A stretch of DNA of 64,000 bases from an uncultured Nitrososphaerota archaeon (GCA_963824385.1 CAWGPD010000004.1:64001-128000); one strand, 5' to 3'. Counted from the first letter of the stretch, positions 1-11,245 are shown. Translations and numbers: made by a program. The notes: generated from the sequence alone by a model not told the origin.

Positions 1-1
1 T

Positions 2-1505
2 GCAGCACGAGCTGATGTCAATCCCATAACAAACATCATCTATGTTACAGACAGGCTAAACAATCATGTAACTGCAATAAATGGAAGTACAAATACAATA
101 ATTGCAAACATACAAGTACAAAGTAATCCTTGGGGGATATCAGTAAATCCTTCTACCAATAGAATATACGTAACAAACCTACTATCAAATTCTGTTTCAG
201 TAATAGACGGCTCTACAAACAATGTCATTTCAAATATTCAAGTTCAAAATGGCCCATGGGGGATCATTGCAAATCCTACAACCAATCTTGTTTATGTTGC
301 AAATAGTCTTTCAAACTCAATTTCAATCATAGATGGCACAAACAATACAGTAATTGGGAACATACCGCTAGATGGAGGTCCATGGGGAATCACACTAAAT
401 CCCCTAACTAACATAATCTATGTGAGCCATTGGGGGGCAGGTACAGTATCGGTTATCAATGGTACTGATAATCAAATCATAGCAAATATCCCAACAGATG
501 CAGGTTCATGGGGAATTATTACAAATCCATTAACAAACAAAATTTATCAAACAAGTGAACAAACAGGAGATATTTTTGAAATAGATGGCAATACAAATAC
601 TGTCATAAATCAATTCAAGTCAGGAATTTCTGCACGTGAGATTGCAATAAATCCAATTACAGACAAGATCTATGTATCAAGTTTATTTTCAAATAATCTT
701 CAAGTCATTGATGTTCCATCAGGCATAGACAACTCAACTTCCTCATCAGACAATCTGAATCAAACATTAGGAAATCTTGGAACACCACCAAATACAATAA
801 AGATAACACCTGAACAGCTTTCCAACATAATTGGAAATAGCACACTATTAAAAATGAGCCCAGAACAACTGGCCGAGATGTTAAAAAGTGATCCAACTCT
901 TAATTTATCTCCATCCCAATTGGAAAAGATCTTGGGAAATAATTCTACATTGGCTCAATATCTCAATAGTACCACAGCACAGAATTCTACATTGAAAATT
1001 AGTTCACAACAACTGGCCGAGATGTTAAAAAGTAATCCTACTCTTAATTTGTCTCCATCCCAATTGGAGAAGATCTTGGGAAATAATTCTACATTGGCTC
1101 AGTATCTTAATAGTACCGCAGCACAGAATTCTACATTGAAAATTAGTCCACAACAACTGGCCGAGATGACTGGGGATAATAATATGATGGGTATGACTCC
1201 TGCCCAATTAGAAAAAATGCTAGGAGACAATGCCACATTAGAATCTTACTCTTGACAAACTACAGGAATTCATGAATACTAATACCACAAAGAATTTTAA
1301 TTCCACCATTTCCTTTGCCCCAGGAGACATGGCAAACCTTACTCAGGATTTAATCAAATCCCAATTAAATAATGTCACACAGACCAATCAAACTAATTTG
1401 AATACGATTATTCTCCATGTCATGTGTACAGTAAAAACGGGAGATCTTAGCAAGTTATTTGACAACATGGCAATGCCGCTATCAGATTGCCAAATTGGAG
1501 AATAA
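2..1505 (+). CDS. YVTN beta-propeller repeat surface protein with C-terminal 48-aa repeats (5' end outside window; probable +1 frameshift at ~1241 joining ORFs 422..1255 and 1272..1505)
   Basis: Frame 2 is open from base 2 with repeats such as PWGISVNPSTNRIYVTNLLSNSVSVIDG. Removing one base at ~1241 gives NATLNLTLDKLQEFMNTN, which continues the TLNL repeat pattern. Confidence 0.8.
866..1168 (+). repeat. 144-bp intragenic tandem repeat (~2.1 copies)
   Basis: caactggccgagatg starts at 866, 1010 and 1154; the units are near-identical. Confidence 0.9.
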
Positions 1506-1657
1506 GTCAAATCTAGTCATACACTCGATCAGACGGGTAACTTGAATTGAAAGCTTATCTCATCTAAACAATCACGTGTTTTTAAATCACTTTTATGTAC
1601 TTGGTACAATGACTAGAAAATTTTTTTGGCATAATTTAGCATAGGTGTAATGTAATC

Positions 1658-3538
1658 ATGCAAAATGAGAAAAGACAAATTCAGTTAGATTTGGTAACAA
1701 AAATGATAGAGGTGATACTTTTCAAAGTAGGGTTTGGAAAAGATTTTAAGTTGAACAAAATTAACATCCCAATTGAAACTCGGAAGAAACACTTGCCAAT
1801 GATTTCATTATATGAAAAAATAATAAAAATATCTACCAATAACGAAATAAAATCTCAGCCAAATTTTGACATGATATTTTTTGGTTTGGCAAATTTTTAT
1901 TATAACATAAACGAATATTCAAAGGCACTACAAAAAATTGATTTTCTTTTAACTCTGGATTCATGCAATGTATATATTTTATACAGCAAAGGAGTGTTGT
2001 TGGAATTATCAAAACTTCCTGAAAAAGCAACAGAATGCTATGAATCAATATTACGAATAAAACCAGATCATGTATCTGCGCTATATAACAAAAGTGTACT
2101 AGATGCAAGATCAGGAAGATATGATAAAGCAATAGAATCACTAGATAAAATTATTACAATTGAACCCAAACATGTTTTATCACAATGTGATAAGGGCATA
2201 CTTTTACTTGAAATGAGTCAGTTCAGAGAAGCAATTACGTGTTTTAATCAAGTATTGGATGTAAATTCAAAACACCTGTCTGCACTATACAACAAAGGAG
2301 TCGCACTAGAATCACTGTCAAGGTTTGATGAGGCGTTAGAGTGTTACGAGTCCGTATTAGCTACAAAGCCAGACCATGCATCAGTATTATCTCGCAAGAA
2401 ATCATTGTTAGAGATATTAGATTTATACAACAAAGGAGTCGCACTAGAATCACTGTCAAGGTTTGATGAGGCGTTAGAGTGTTACGAGTCCGTATTAGCT
2501 ACAAAGCCAGACCATGCATCAGTATTATCTCGCAAGAAATCATTGTTAGAGATATTAGATTTATACAACAAAGGAGTCGCACTAGAATCACTGTCAAGGT
2601 TTGATGAGGCGTTAGAGTGTTACGAGTCCGTATTAGCTACAAAGCCAGACCATGCATCTGCAGTATCGCACAAGAAATCATTGTTAGAGATATTAGATTT
2701 ATACAACAAAGGCATTTCATTACTTGAGACTGGTCATCTAAAAGATGCAATTACGTGTTTTAACAAAGTATTGGATGTAAATTCAAAACACCTGTCTGCA
2801 CTATACAACAAAGGAGTCGCACTAGAATCACTGTCAAGGTTTGATGAGGCGTTAGAGTGTTACGAGTCCGTATTGGCTACAAAGCCAGACCATGCATCAG
2901 TATTATCTCGCAAGAAATCATTGTTAGAGATATTAGATTTATACAACAAAGGAGTCGCACTAGAATCACTGTCAAGGTTTGATGAGGCGTTAGAGTGTTA
3001 CGAGTCCGTATTAGCTACAAAGCCAGACCATGCATCAGTATTATCTCGCAAGAAATCATTGTTAGAAAGATTAGATTCATACGAAAAAGGCATTTCATTA
3101 TTTCAAATGGGCCTCTTGGAGGAAGCAATTACATGTTTTAATCAAGTACTAGACGCAAATTCAAAACACCTGTCTGCACTATACAACAAAGGAGTCGCAC
3201 TAGAATCACTTTCCAAATTTGAAGAAGCATTGCAGTGCTATCAGTCCATAATACAACAAAATCCTCAATATGAGGATGCAGTGTTACAAGCAGGAAAGAT
3301 CCTGTCTTCTTTGGAAAGACATGATGAAGCCATAAAAATCTACGATTTAGGACTAAAATCCAATCCAAATGATGTCAGTATGTTATATTACAAATCCAAG
3401 AGCATGCTTAAACAAGGAAAAGACGAAGATGTGACAAAAATCCTCAATCACATGCTTTCTCTAGATGCCAGATATATTGAACTCTTGAAAAATGAAATAG
3501 ATTTTACAAAACATATCAGGCCCATCGCAAGCACGTAA
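1658..3538 (+). CDS. Tetratricopeptide repeat protein
   Basis: Many ALYNKGxxLxxLxRFxEAxxCY TPR units. Confidence 0.95.
   Translation: MQNEKRQIQLDLVTKMIEVILFKVGFGKDFKLNKINIPIETRKKHLPMISLYEKIIKISTNNEIKSQPNFDMIFFGLANFYYNINEYSKALQKIDFLLTLDSCNVYILYSKGVLLELSKLPEKATECYESILRIKPDHVSALYNKSVLDARSGRYDKAIESLDKIITIEPKHVLSQCDKGILLLEMSQFREAITCFNQVLDVNSKHLSALYNKGVALESLSRFDEALECYESVLATKPDHASVLSRKKSLLEILDLYNKGVALESLSRFDEALECYESVLATKPDHASVLSRKKSLLEILDLYNKGVALESLSRFDEALECYESVLATKPDHASAVSHKKSLLEILDLYNKGISLLETGHLKDAITCFNKVLDVNSKHLSALYNKGVALESLSRFDEALECYESVLATKPDHASVLSRKKSLLEILDLYNKGVALESLSRFDEALECYESVLATKPDHASVLSRKKSLLERLDSYEKGISLFQMGLLEEAITCFNQVLDANSKHLSALYNKGVALESLSKFEEALQCYQSIIQQNPQYEDAVLQAGKILSSLERHDEAIKIYDLGLKSNPNDVSMLYYKSKSMLKQGKDEDVTKILNHMLSLDARYIELLKNEIDFTKHIRPIAST
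2230..3210 (+). repeat. Near-identical 138-bp and 102-bp intragenic repeats within the TPR gene
   Basis: tatacaacaaagg at 2286, 2424, 2562, 2700, 2802, 2940 and 3180, with a variant at ~3078. Confidence 0.92.
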
Positions 3539-3640
3539 GACTGAACAATATAATTTTCATTCAAACAGAAATGTTTACTCTGAACATACAAGATTCTATA
3601 TCATAAATTCTTCTTGATATCAGTAATGCAAGACTGGTTC

Positions 3641-4120
3641 ATGCGAATACTAGTAGCTGAAGACTACAAGGAGTTGGCAGATGCATATAAAATGGCATTG
3701 GAGGCAAGAGGCCATCTAGTGACAACTACAAGGGACGGAATAGAATGCATACAGACGTATAAAGAATTTGTAAAATATGGGGCGGATGGAGCACAAGCAG
3801 ATAAATCATATTTTGATGCAGTCATATTGGATCATTACATGCCTGGAATGGATGGAGTAGACGTAGCAAAAGAGATACAGAAAATAAATCCCAAACAAAG
3901 AATAATTTTCATATCTGGAGGCGGTAGAACAGTCATAAAAAAATTCAGAGAAATAAAAGAAAATGTGGAGTTTATGAACAAGCCATTTACATTACATGCT
4001 TTAATCACACAAATCGAGAGTTGGCCACTACACATGTGGCGTGTAAGAGCTAGACAAGGATTTAAGGAGTGGGACGGAGAAGAAGGAACTTCAGTTCCAG
4101 TAGGACCAAGTAGAGCATAA
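3641..4120 (+). CDS. Stand-alone response regulator receiver protein with short C-terminal tail
   Basis: MRILVAED, ILDHYMPGMDG (phospho-Asp), IIFIS, NKPF. ATG at 3641 preferred over TTG at 3614. Confidence 0.93.
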   Translation: MRILVAEDYKELADAYKMALEARGHLVTTTRDGIECIQTYKEFVKYGADGAQADKSYFDAVILDHYMPGMDGVDVAKEIQKINPKQRIIFISGGGRTVIKKFREIKENVEFMNKPFTLHALITQIESWPLHMWRVRARQGFKEWDGEEGTSVPVGPSRA

Positions 4121-4250
4121 TAAAACAGAATATGAAAAATAGGAATAATTGTTTGTCTGTTTTGCACACATAAGGACATACAAGCGAGACTATAGACGTT
4201 AATCAAGTGGCACATTCTTTGATAGACAATACCAAAAATATTAGATTCGG

Positions 4251-5723
4251 ATGATGGATATGGATAATCATAAAACAAGTACAAGTTTGAGAATTGGCAT
4301 ATCCGTCGGGATGATCATAATGATGCTAGGTCTTGCAATATTCCTCAATATATTTACGACATATACAATTACAAATCAAATGAAGGCATTATCGGATTTG
4401 AATATCCCAATAATGCATGAAATATCTAGCATATATACAATACAACAAATGCAATACCAAAGTTTTGATAATATTATAGCATATCAAAAAATTGACAATT
4501 CAGAGAATTATAAATTTTCACAGAACCAATTTGAATCATATAACAATCAATTTGATTATCAGATTAAGAAAATAAATGAATTGATAAACAGATATCCAAA
4601 TTATGGACTTGATGATGATACTAACAAAGATCTTAGTCCAATAATTACAAATCTAAACGAAATTGAATCAATTCACTCACAATATGTACAAAAAGCAACT
4701 CAGATTTTTGATTCTCAGGATAAAAATAATGTAAAAAATTCAGACCCAATGCAAACTGCATTAGAAACTAAGCAAAATCAGTTGAACCTAAAGATATCAA
4801 TATTGGATAGTGATATTCAAAATCTCACGGATGTGTTGGGAACTAAAGCAGATGAAAGTAAACAAAAATCAGTTACATTGCAGGCTGTAATTATAATCTC
4901 TGCAGGAATTATCTCACTGGCGCTAGGATATTTTTTGAATCTAATCAACAAAGATCTTATACAAGAGGTAATTAGAAAAACAAGATCTCTTCAGAAAGCA
5001 AATAGAAAACTAGAAAGAATAAGCGTCCTTAAAGATGATTTTATCAATATTGCATCACATGAATTAAAGAGCCCGCTTCATCCGATATACGGCTTTGTAG
5101 AACTTGCACAAAATGGGGACATTGGAACAGATGAGGCTCTTGCAGGGATATCAAAACAGGCACGACAGTTAGAAGAAGTGGCCAATAGAATTCTTGACAT
5201 TGGAAGAATAGATAATGGAATTCTACAACTATCATATGAAAAATTTGACCTAAGTGACTTGTTGCTAGAGATAACATCATCATACAGATCAAACGAAAAG
5301 ATAAAGATTGAAACAAATGTGGAAAAAGGGATCGAGGTAGAAGCAGATAGGATAAGAATTGGTCAAGTGATTCGTAATTTAATTAATAACGCATTGAAAT
5401 TTACTGAAGCTGGTATAATACAAGTTACTACTCAATATGATTTAGAAAAAAACTTGGTTGAAGTTATTGTAAGCGATAGCGGATCTGGGATTCATCCAGA
5501 CATATTACCCAATTTATTTAATAAATTTGCTACAAGGGGACCCAAAACAGAATCCTGGAAAGGCAACGGATTAGGACTATACTTGTGTAGAGGAATAATT
5601 AATGCACATGGAGGCCGCATTTTTGCATACAACAACAAAGAAACTGGGGCTACCATCAAGTTTACTATTCCAATCATGAGACATCTGAGTGCAAGAGAGT
5701 TACACCAGAAAATAATGAACTAG
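4251..5723 (+). CDS. Membrane sensor histidine kinase (2 TM, helical extracellular domain, HisKA + HATPase)
   Basis: FINIASHELKSPL H-box, NLINNALKF N-box, DSGSGI G1, GNGLGL G2; two hydrophobic segments. Confidence 0.95.
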   Translation: MMDMDNHKTSTSLRIGISVGMIIMMLGLAIFLNIFTTYTITNQMKALSDLNIPIMHEISSIYTIQQMQYQSFDNIIAYQKIDNSENYKFSQNQFESYNNQFDYQIKKINELINRYPNYGLDDDTNKDLSPIITNLNEIESIHSQYVQKATQIFDSQDKNNVKNSDPMQTALETKQNQLNLKISILDSDIQNLTDVLGTKADESKQKSVTLQAVIIISAGIISLALGYFLNLINKDLIQEVIRKTRSLQKANRKLERISVLKDDFINIASHELKSPLHPIYGFVELAQNGDIGTDEALAGISKQARQLEEVANRILDIGRIDNGILQLSYEKFDLSDLLLEITSSYRSNEKIKIETNVEKGIEVEADRIRIGQVIRNLINNALKFTEAGIIQVTTQYDLEKNLVEVIVSDSGSGIHPDILPNLFNKFATRGPKTESWKGNGLGLYLCRGIINAHGGRIFAYNNKETGATIKFTIPIMRHLSARELHQKIMN

Positions 5724-5777
5724 TACGTTCAGATCGAACACACTAATCTTAATCATACGAATCAATCAAGACAGCAT

Positions 5778-6182
5778 ATGGGTTTAGACATCCTAGCAGC
5801 TGAAGACAATCAATTTGCAGGATTACAATATAAGAAAATCTTTGAAAAACACCAACATAGCATAACCATAGCAAGAGATGGCGAAGAATGTGTAGAACTG
5901 TACAAAAAGAAACTAGAATACAGTCATGATGGTAGTGAACCGTTTAATGTTGTCTTACTTGATTTTATAATGCCAAAGAAGAATGGTGTTAGAGTAGCAA
6001 AAGACATACTAGAATTAAGACCAAGTCAGAAGATAATTTTTGTCTCAGCTTTTGGAAATGGGGTTTTGGATGACGCCATGGCCATTCTAAAAGACTCGGT
6101 AGAGATTATTCAAAAACCATTCTCTTTAGAGTTTTTGGTAAAAAAGCTTGAAAATAGCTATGCGTTAAAAAACATGCATTAA
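5778..6182 (+). CDS. Stand-alone receiver domain protein
   Basis: ILAAEDN, LLDFIMPKKNG, IFVSA, QKPF. Confidence 0.93.
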   Translation: MGLDILAAEDNQFAGLQYKKIFEKHQHSITIARDGEECVELYKKKLEYSHDGSEPFNVVLLDFIMPKKNGVRVAKDILELRPSQKIIFVSAFGNGVLDDAMAILKDSVEIIQKPFSLEFLVKKLENSYALKNMH

Positions 6183-6266
6183 AATCACAGTTTATTCCAT
6201 TTTGGACGTAATTATTTAAAAAAATTGCAGAGTAGCTTATCTATTGAAAATCAATAATACCTGTAA

Positions 6267-6569
6267 TTGACAGACACCATAATACTAAACCTTCCACATG
6301 CAATGGTCCAGAGCATTAATGACGTATGTAAAAAAGGAAGTTATACTAGACAGGAATTAATCCGAGTCGCAATATCTAAGATGCTTTTTGAGCAATTCAA
6401 ACCAGCACCTGAATCAAACAGTATCATCTCTGAAGAAAAATATTCAGACTCTCAAACAAACTCCGAGAATTCAAACTATGAGATTCCATTGGACAAGATA
6501 ATTTCTGTGCGATATACCCTTGACGATGGAAAAGTAATTCACATAATGCGCGGAAAAAAACAGAATTAA
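6267..6569 (+). CDS. Ribbon-helix-helix (CopG/NikR-like) DNA-binding protein
   Basis: IILNLPHAMVQSINDVCKKGSYTRQELIRVAI fits the RHH strand-helix-helix pattern. Confidence 0.65.
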   Translation: MTDTIILNLPHAMVQSINDVCKKGSYTRQELIRVAISKMLFEQFKPAPESNSIISEEKYSDSQTNSENSNYEIPLDKIISVRYTLDDGKVIHIMRGKKQN

Positions 6570-6595
6570 GTTTCCAGCATAATAATCATATTAGA

Positions 6596-7691
6596 TTATC
6601 GAGTATAGGTATTTTTTACTTCATATTTTGGAACAATATTTTTTGGCAATCTTATTGTAAAAATAGTAGGGGGAGATCTAACTGTCAATGTACCTCCGTG
6701 TTGTTCTATTATGTTTTTACATATAGAGAGTCCCAAGCCCGTACCAGTTTGCCGGGTTGTAAATAATGGATCAAATATTTTGGATTGTATCTCAGGCGGA
6801 ATTCCAGAACCCGTATCTTCAAATTCAATTTGTACCGAATAATCCAAATCGGTTGTACGTATTTTTATTTCCCCATTTTCATCCATAGACTTGTATTGCA
6901 TTACTTAATATGTTAGAAAAAACAGCTTCAAGTTTTCTTGAATCACAGTTTATTTGCATATCAGCATATGGTTTAGATATTTTAACCCCTACAGGAATCA
7001 AGGTATTTCCAATAGCGCCATCAACTATTGAAAGAAGAGACGTTTGTTCCAACATCAGGTCTGATCTCTTAACGAAATTTAATACATCATCTATCTGATG
7101 TGTCATTCTCTGAATTGCTCTATCAAATCTTCCAAAATGCTGTAATTTTTCATCGATTCTCATAGTTGGTTTAGCCCGCATTATATCCATAGTATTTTTA
7201 ACAATGGAGAGAGGATTTCTCAAGTCATGAGCAAGTCTTGCGGCCAATTCTCCTATCACTGTAAACTTTTCTGCCCTTATCAAGTCCTGAGTTTTTTCAT
7301 CCACCTGTTTTGCAAGAAAGTCCCGCTGCATAGACAATTCTTTTTCTTTTGATAGAACTACATCTAATTTTGATTTCAAATCTCGCGTCATCTGATCATA
7401 ATGAGATTTTTGTTTCTCAAGTTCAATATTTGATCTTGTCAGTTCATCATTTTTTTTGTTCAAAGAGGCACTAATATCAAGTAAAAATCCCACTTTATCT
7501 TGTAAATCATGATTAATGCCAGATAACTCCTTTATTTTCTCCATGGATTCGCTTGCAATAATTGTTAACCTAGTTTCCTTTTCCTGAAGTTCATGTCTAG
7601 TTGCATCTAATTCCTTAAAGGCCCTACCTGTCAGTACACTAAGGTCCTCTATAAGAGACGACTTTTGTTGCTCAGGCTGAGGTTGTGACAA
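6596..7691 (-). CDS. Cytoplasmic histidine kinase with long N-terminal coiled coil (one +1 frameshift at ~6890)
   Basis: LAHDLRNPL H-box and NILSNAIQ N-box in the upstream ORF; DTGSGI, LFTT and GTGLGL in the downstream ORF. One-base removal gives NAIQSMDENGEI. Confidence 0.9.
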
Positions 7692-7844
7692 TCCAATATT
7701 AAATCACCCACGAGCTACATTAACCCTTATGGTTGTGTGTTTTAAACAAACAAAAACGTGTTAGAAATAGAATGATTTAATTTTTCATCCTAAACAAGCT
7801 AAGTAATTTCTATACTAATTTCGTACAATAACATTACATGAGTA

Positions 7845-8285
7845 GTGAATAGTATGACCTTTAGCCATATTTTTGTCCCGTATGATGGATCAAATTATTC
7901 AAAACATGCATTTCATACAGCGTTAGAAATTGCTTTAAAGTTTGGATCAAAAATAACAATTGCCACTTGTTTGTATCAGCCTTCTGAAGATGAACCATTT
8001 TACACATCTGAACATGCCACATCAATTGGCAGTCTAAAGGATAATGCAATTTCAGAGTTGACCAAATTACAAAAAATGGCAGCTACAAGCAAAATTCCAA
8101 TTGTAGCTCATGCAATTTCTTGTCACTCCGTAGTTGAAGCAATAGTAACTTTTGTAAACTCTAACAAAGTGGATCTTGTAGTAATGGGTACCAGAGGTCA
8201 AACTGGATTCAAACCATTATTGATGGGAAGTGTATCAGTGGGAGTATCACAACATGCAATATGCCCCATATTACTTGTAAAATAA
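7845..8285 (+). CDS. Universal stress protein (UspA family)
   Basis: IFVPYDGS, DLVVMGTRG, LLMGSVS, CPILLV. Confidence 0.95.
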   Translation: MNSMTFSHIFVPYDGSNYSKHAFHTALEIALKFGSKITIATCLYQPSEDEPFYTSEHATSIGSLKDNAISELTKLQKMAATSKIPIVAHAISCHSVVEAIVTFVNSNKVDLVVMGTRGQTGFKPLLMGSVSVGVSQHAICPILLVK

Positions 8286-8310
8286 ACTTAGAAATTTAGA
8301 TTTAATATTA

Positions 8311-8941
8311 TCATATAACTAGATTGTTAAAAGTTTTTGATGGATTATACATTCTTCTATAAATTATGATAAATCCTAAAAATTCTAATTGTTCAACAAG
8401 AAGTATCACATCAAGATTAATCATCCAACCGCCCATCATATCATTCATTATGGCATAAGTCATTGAGATGACTTGGTCAACATAGTTAACATTAGATATA
8501 TCAGTCAAAGTATTGCCAGGTCTGAGATTCATAATTTTATGTATCTCATTTGCATTCATTTTTTCTGCACCATAATTCAAAAAGAATCATTTGCGAAACA
8601 AGATGTTTCTCATCAGAATAGACTGTATTTCCTCGTTCAATCCATACAAGGGTGCTACCAAAATAAGCTATTAGTACCAAGGAAAAAACTATGGCAACTT
8701 TTCCAGATTTACCTTTAATTGTCTTTGTCAATTGATTCAAAAACAAGTCACCAAAACGTCCAAGTTTTCTTTTATGTGCTAAAAGTATTAGTACAAACAT
8801 GAGTGAGGAGACAAGACCTAGGCTTCCTATCCAATGTGCTGAAAAATAATTATAAAAGATCATCCTTACAGGAAGAAAAATTCCAGCAATTACTCCAAAT
8901 ACGATTAGTTTTTCTTTAATATCAGGCAGTCTGCTCCTCAA
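8311..8941 (-). CDS. Hypothetical multi-pass membrane protein (probable +1 frameshift at ~8578)
   Basis: Two overlapping ORFs join as MILF-NYGAEKM on one-base removal; four hydrophobic helices. Confidence 0.65.
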
Positions 8942-9072
8942 TGCCTACCATTCCCAAATATCCCATGGTGAAAGGAGGTTATTTGCCTATCTCTGATTGC
9001 TATTTTACATTAGGCATTGCATCAAATAATTTTAAAAATAATTTGACAGGGATGAACTTTTAATGAAATGAG

Positions 9073-9456
9073 TTATCTCGACCTAATTACCTTGTTTATA
9101 ATCAGTGCAACATTTGGTCTATCAAATGGTTTTATGATATAGTCTCTCGCACCAGCCTTCATTGCATCTTGTATAACGTGTTTTTGCTCTACTGCTGTAA
9201 CCATTACAACTTTGGCTCTGGGATTAATCCGCAAAATAGACTGGAGTGCATGAATGCCATCTGCTTTTGGCATGTTTACATCCATTGTAACCACATCTGG
9301 CTTGAATTGCTTGTAGGCCTCAACTGCAGCCAATCCATCTCCTGCCTCATAGATTTGAGACGCAAGACCATGTGAGATGAGAATGTCCTTTAATACAATG
9401 CGCATAAAGGATGCATCATCAACTATCAGGAATTTTACATTATTTACAACAGACAT
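9073..9456 (-). CDS. cheY: Chemotaxis response regulator CheY (second, identical copy)
   Basis: IVDDASFMR, TMDVNMP, KPF; identical to 13861..14244. Confidence 0.93.
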   Translation of the reverse strand: MSVVNNVKFLIVDDASFMRIVLKDILISHGLASQIYEAGDGLAAVEAYKQFKPDVVTMDVNMPKADGIHALQSILRINPRAKVVMVTAVEQKHVIQDAMKAGARDYIIKPFDRPNVALIINKVIRSR

Positions 9457-9508
9457 TTTACATTCCCATTCCTAAAGTTGGCGAGTTTTTTAGTAAGATG
9501 CCAACATC
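9073..9508. repeat. 436-bp exact direct repeat of 13861..14296 (cheY plus the 3' end of cheW)
   Basis: Identity read by eye from ttatctcgacc to ccaacatc; offset 4788 bp. Confidence 0.9.
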
Positions 9509-9672
9509 TACAATTCGAGATGTGTTTGAATTTTTTCTAATCATGTTTCTTATAGAATGTATCTGCATAAACATGTTAGAACGAGTCTACATAATATTTC
9601 ATGTCTGTATATTTTGAACAGACATGTATGGAAATTATTTTATACAATATTTTGATAAACAGCATATAATTT

Positions 9673-10542
9673 TTATAAATTAATTTTTTGAAATATTTTT
9701 TCTTTTGGCATTACAGGATAGAAGATATTTTCAGCTTTTCGGCCTAATAAAAGTTCATCAGAGCCAAGTAGCAAGTAACCTCCATGTTTTAAGCAGTTGT
9801 GGAATTTTTTAAGTATTATTTCTTGAGCGTCTTTCTCGTAATATATCAACACGTTTCTGCAAAATATCACATCATATACATTTTCAGGACTTGATAGAAT
9901 ATCCATTGTTTCAAAACTTACCAAATCTTTGATTTCAGATATTATTTCATATTTTGAGTCTTCGTGATTCCCAATCTTTGTAAAATATTTCTTTTTCAAA
10001 TCCAATGACAAATGTTCAAGGAATTTACTTTGGTATTGCCCATTTTGAGCAAAATCAATTGCTTTGTTATTTATATCGGTCGCCTTAATCCGTATCTCAA
10101 TATTTTTAGAAATCCCAATTTTTTTATAAATTCCACATATGTCATTTAGAAGAATTGCAATAGAATACGGTTCTTCCCCAGATGCACACCCCGCACTCCA
10201 CACGTTAATTATCCCATCAGTTTCAACATTAGACAAGATCTTAGGTACAATTATGGCTCTAAGTGCGTTGAAAACTGCAGTATCTCGAAAAAGACTTGTT
10301 ACATTTATGGATAAAGATTCAAACAAATATGTTAATTCAATTGAATCATTATCCAGAAGATAGAGATACTCGTTAAAATCAGATATTTCTTTAATTTGCA
10401 TTCTTCGTTCTATTCGTCTTTTCAAGAATTGCATTTTGAATCTGCCAATATCTAATTTGTTATTTTCAAAGATACGTTTCATTAAGAGTAGAGAATCCTG
10501 AGTATCAGCAATTGTGTTCTTCACTAAATTTTCTCTATTCAT
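9673..10542 (-). CDS. cheR: Chemotaxis methyltransferase CheR
   Basis: INVTSLFRD, WSAGCASGEEPYSIA, ATDI, DVIFCRNVLIY. Confidence 0.97.
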   Translation of the reverse strand: MNRENLVKNTIADTQDSLLLMKRIFENNKLDIGRFKMQFLKRRIERRMQIKEISDFNEYLYLLDNDSIELTYLFESLSINVTSLFRDTAVFNALRAIIVPKILSNVETDGIINVWSAGCASGEEPYSIAILLNDICGIYKKIGISKNIEIRIKATDINNKAIDFAQNGQYQSKFLEHLSLDLKKKYFTKIGNHEDSKYEIISEIKDLVSFETMDILSSPENVYDVIFCRNVLIYYEKDAQEIILKKFHNCLKHGGYLLLGSDELLLGRKAENIFYPVMPKEKIFQKINL

Positions 10543-10624
10543 AAAATCACCACGTCACAATACTGAATAACATAAAACACTTTTTCCAGATTCGTAGTAT
10601 CTGAGAAAATTTCTTTGATAATCA

Positions 10625-11242
10625 TCATCGACTAATTCCCTTTTTATTCAATAATTTTCGAGCATTATCATGATCTTGAATAATTAACATATGAACAACA
10701 ATTCCACTTTCTTTACCTTCAAGTTCAACCTGTGTTATCATATCATTTGGAGCATTCAGAAATTCTGCAGCATGAGGTTCAAGAATTGATCTGCTTGATG
10801 TAATTGCAAAGTCTGGAGTTGAGAGTTCAACCTTAAGACCAGTATGATCAGATAACGCATTAAAGAATGAACCAGACATGATGTTTCCAACCTCGGAGAG
10901 TGCGGATTTTCCTAGTTCGTCTAATGAGTCGATTTTATCTACACATAATAATTTTGCAGTTATTCTTCTGGCATCTAGATCCTGGATAGAATATAAAATT
11001 CCAATACGAATATCACCCTGGCCTCTTAGAAACACTGAGCATAAGATGAGATCATTTGATAATTTTTTTATTACATCTATTTCAGAAATTTCCTCATGAA
11101 TAGATTTTATTTCATGTTTGAATTGCTCATCCAGTAATGACGATAGGGAAAATCTCGCTCTATCAACTATATTTGCATTCAATACATAGTGAAGAGAGTC
11201 CAATTCATATTGATTTAGTATTTTAGAACTCATTTTACTCAT
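10625..11242 (-). CDS. cheC: CheC-family CheY-P phosphatase
   Basis: SALSEVGNIMSGSFFNALS (ExxN site) in the che operon; the first site looks degenerate. Confidence 0.88.
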   Translation of the reverse strand: MSKMSSKILNQYELDSLHYVLNANIVDRARFSLSSLLDEQFKHEIKSIHEEISEIDVIKKLSNDLILCSVFLRGQGDIRIGILYSIQDLDARRITAKLLCVDKIDSLDELGKSALSEVGNIMSGSFFNALSDHTGLKVELSTPDFAITSSRSILEPHAAEFLNAPNDMITQVELEGKESGIVVHMLIIQDHDNARKLLNKKGISR

Positions 11243-11245
11243 CGC

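Noticed and set aside
2230..3210. Regular repeats suggesting a CRISPR array
   Set aside because: Units are 102/138 bp, in frame in a TPR gene, with no unique spacers and no cas genes.
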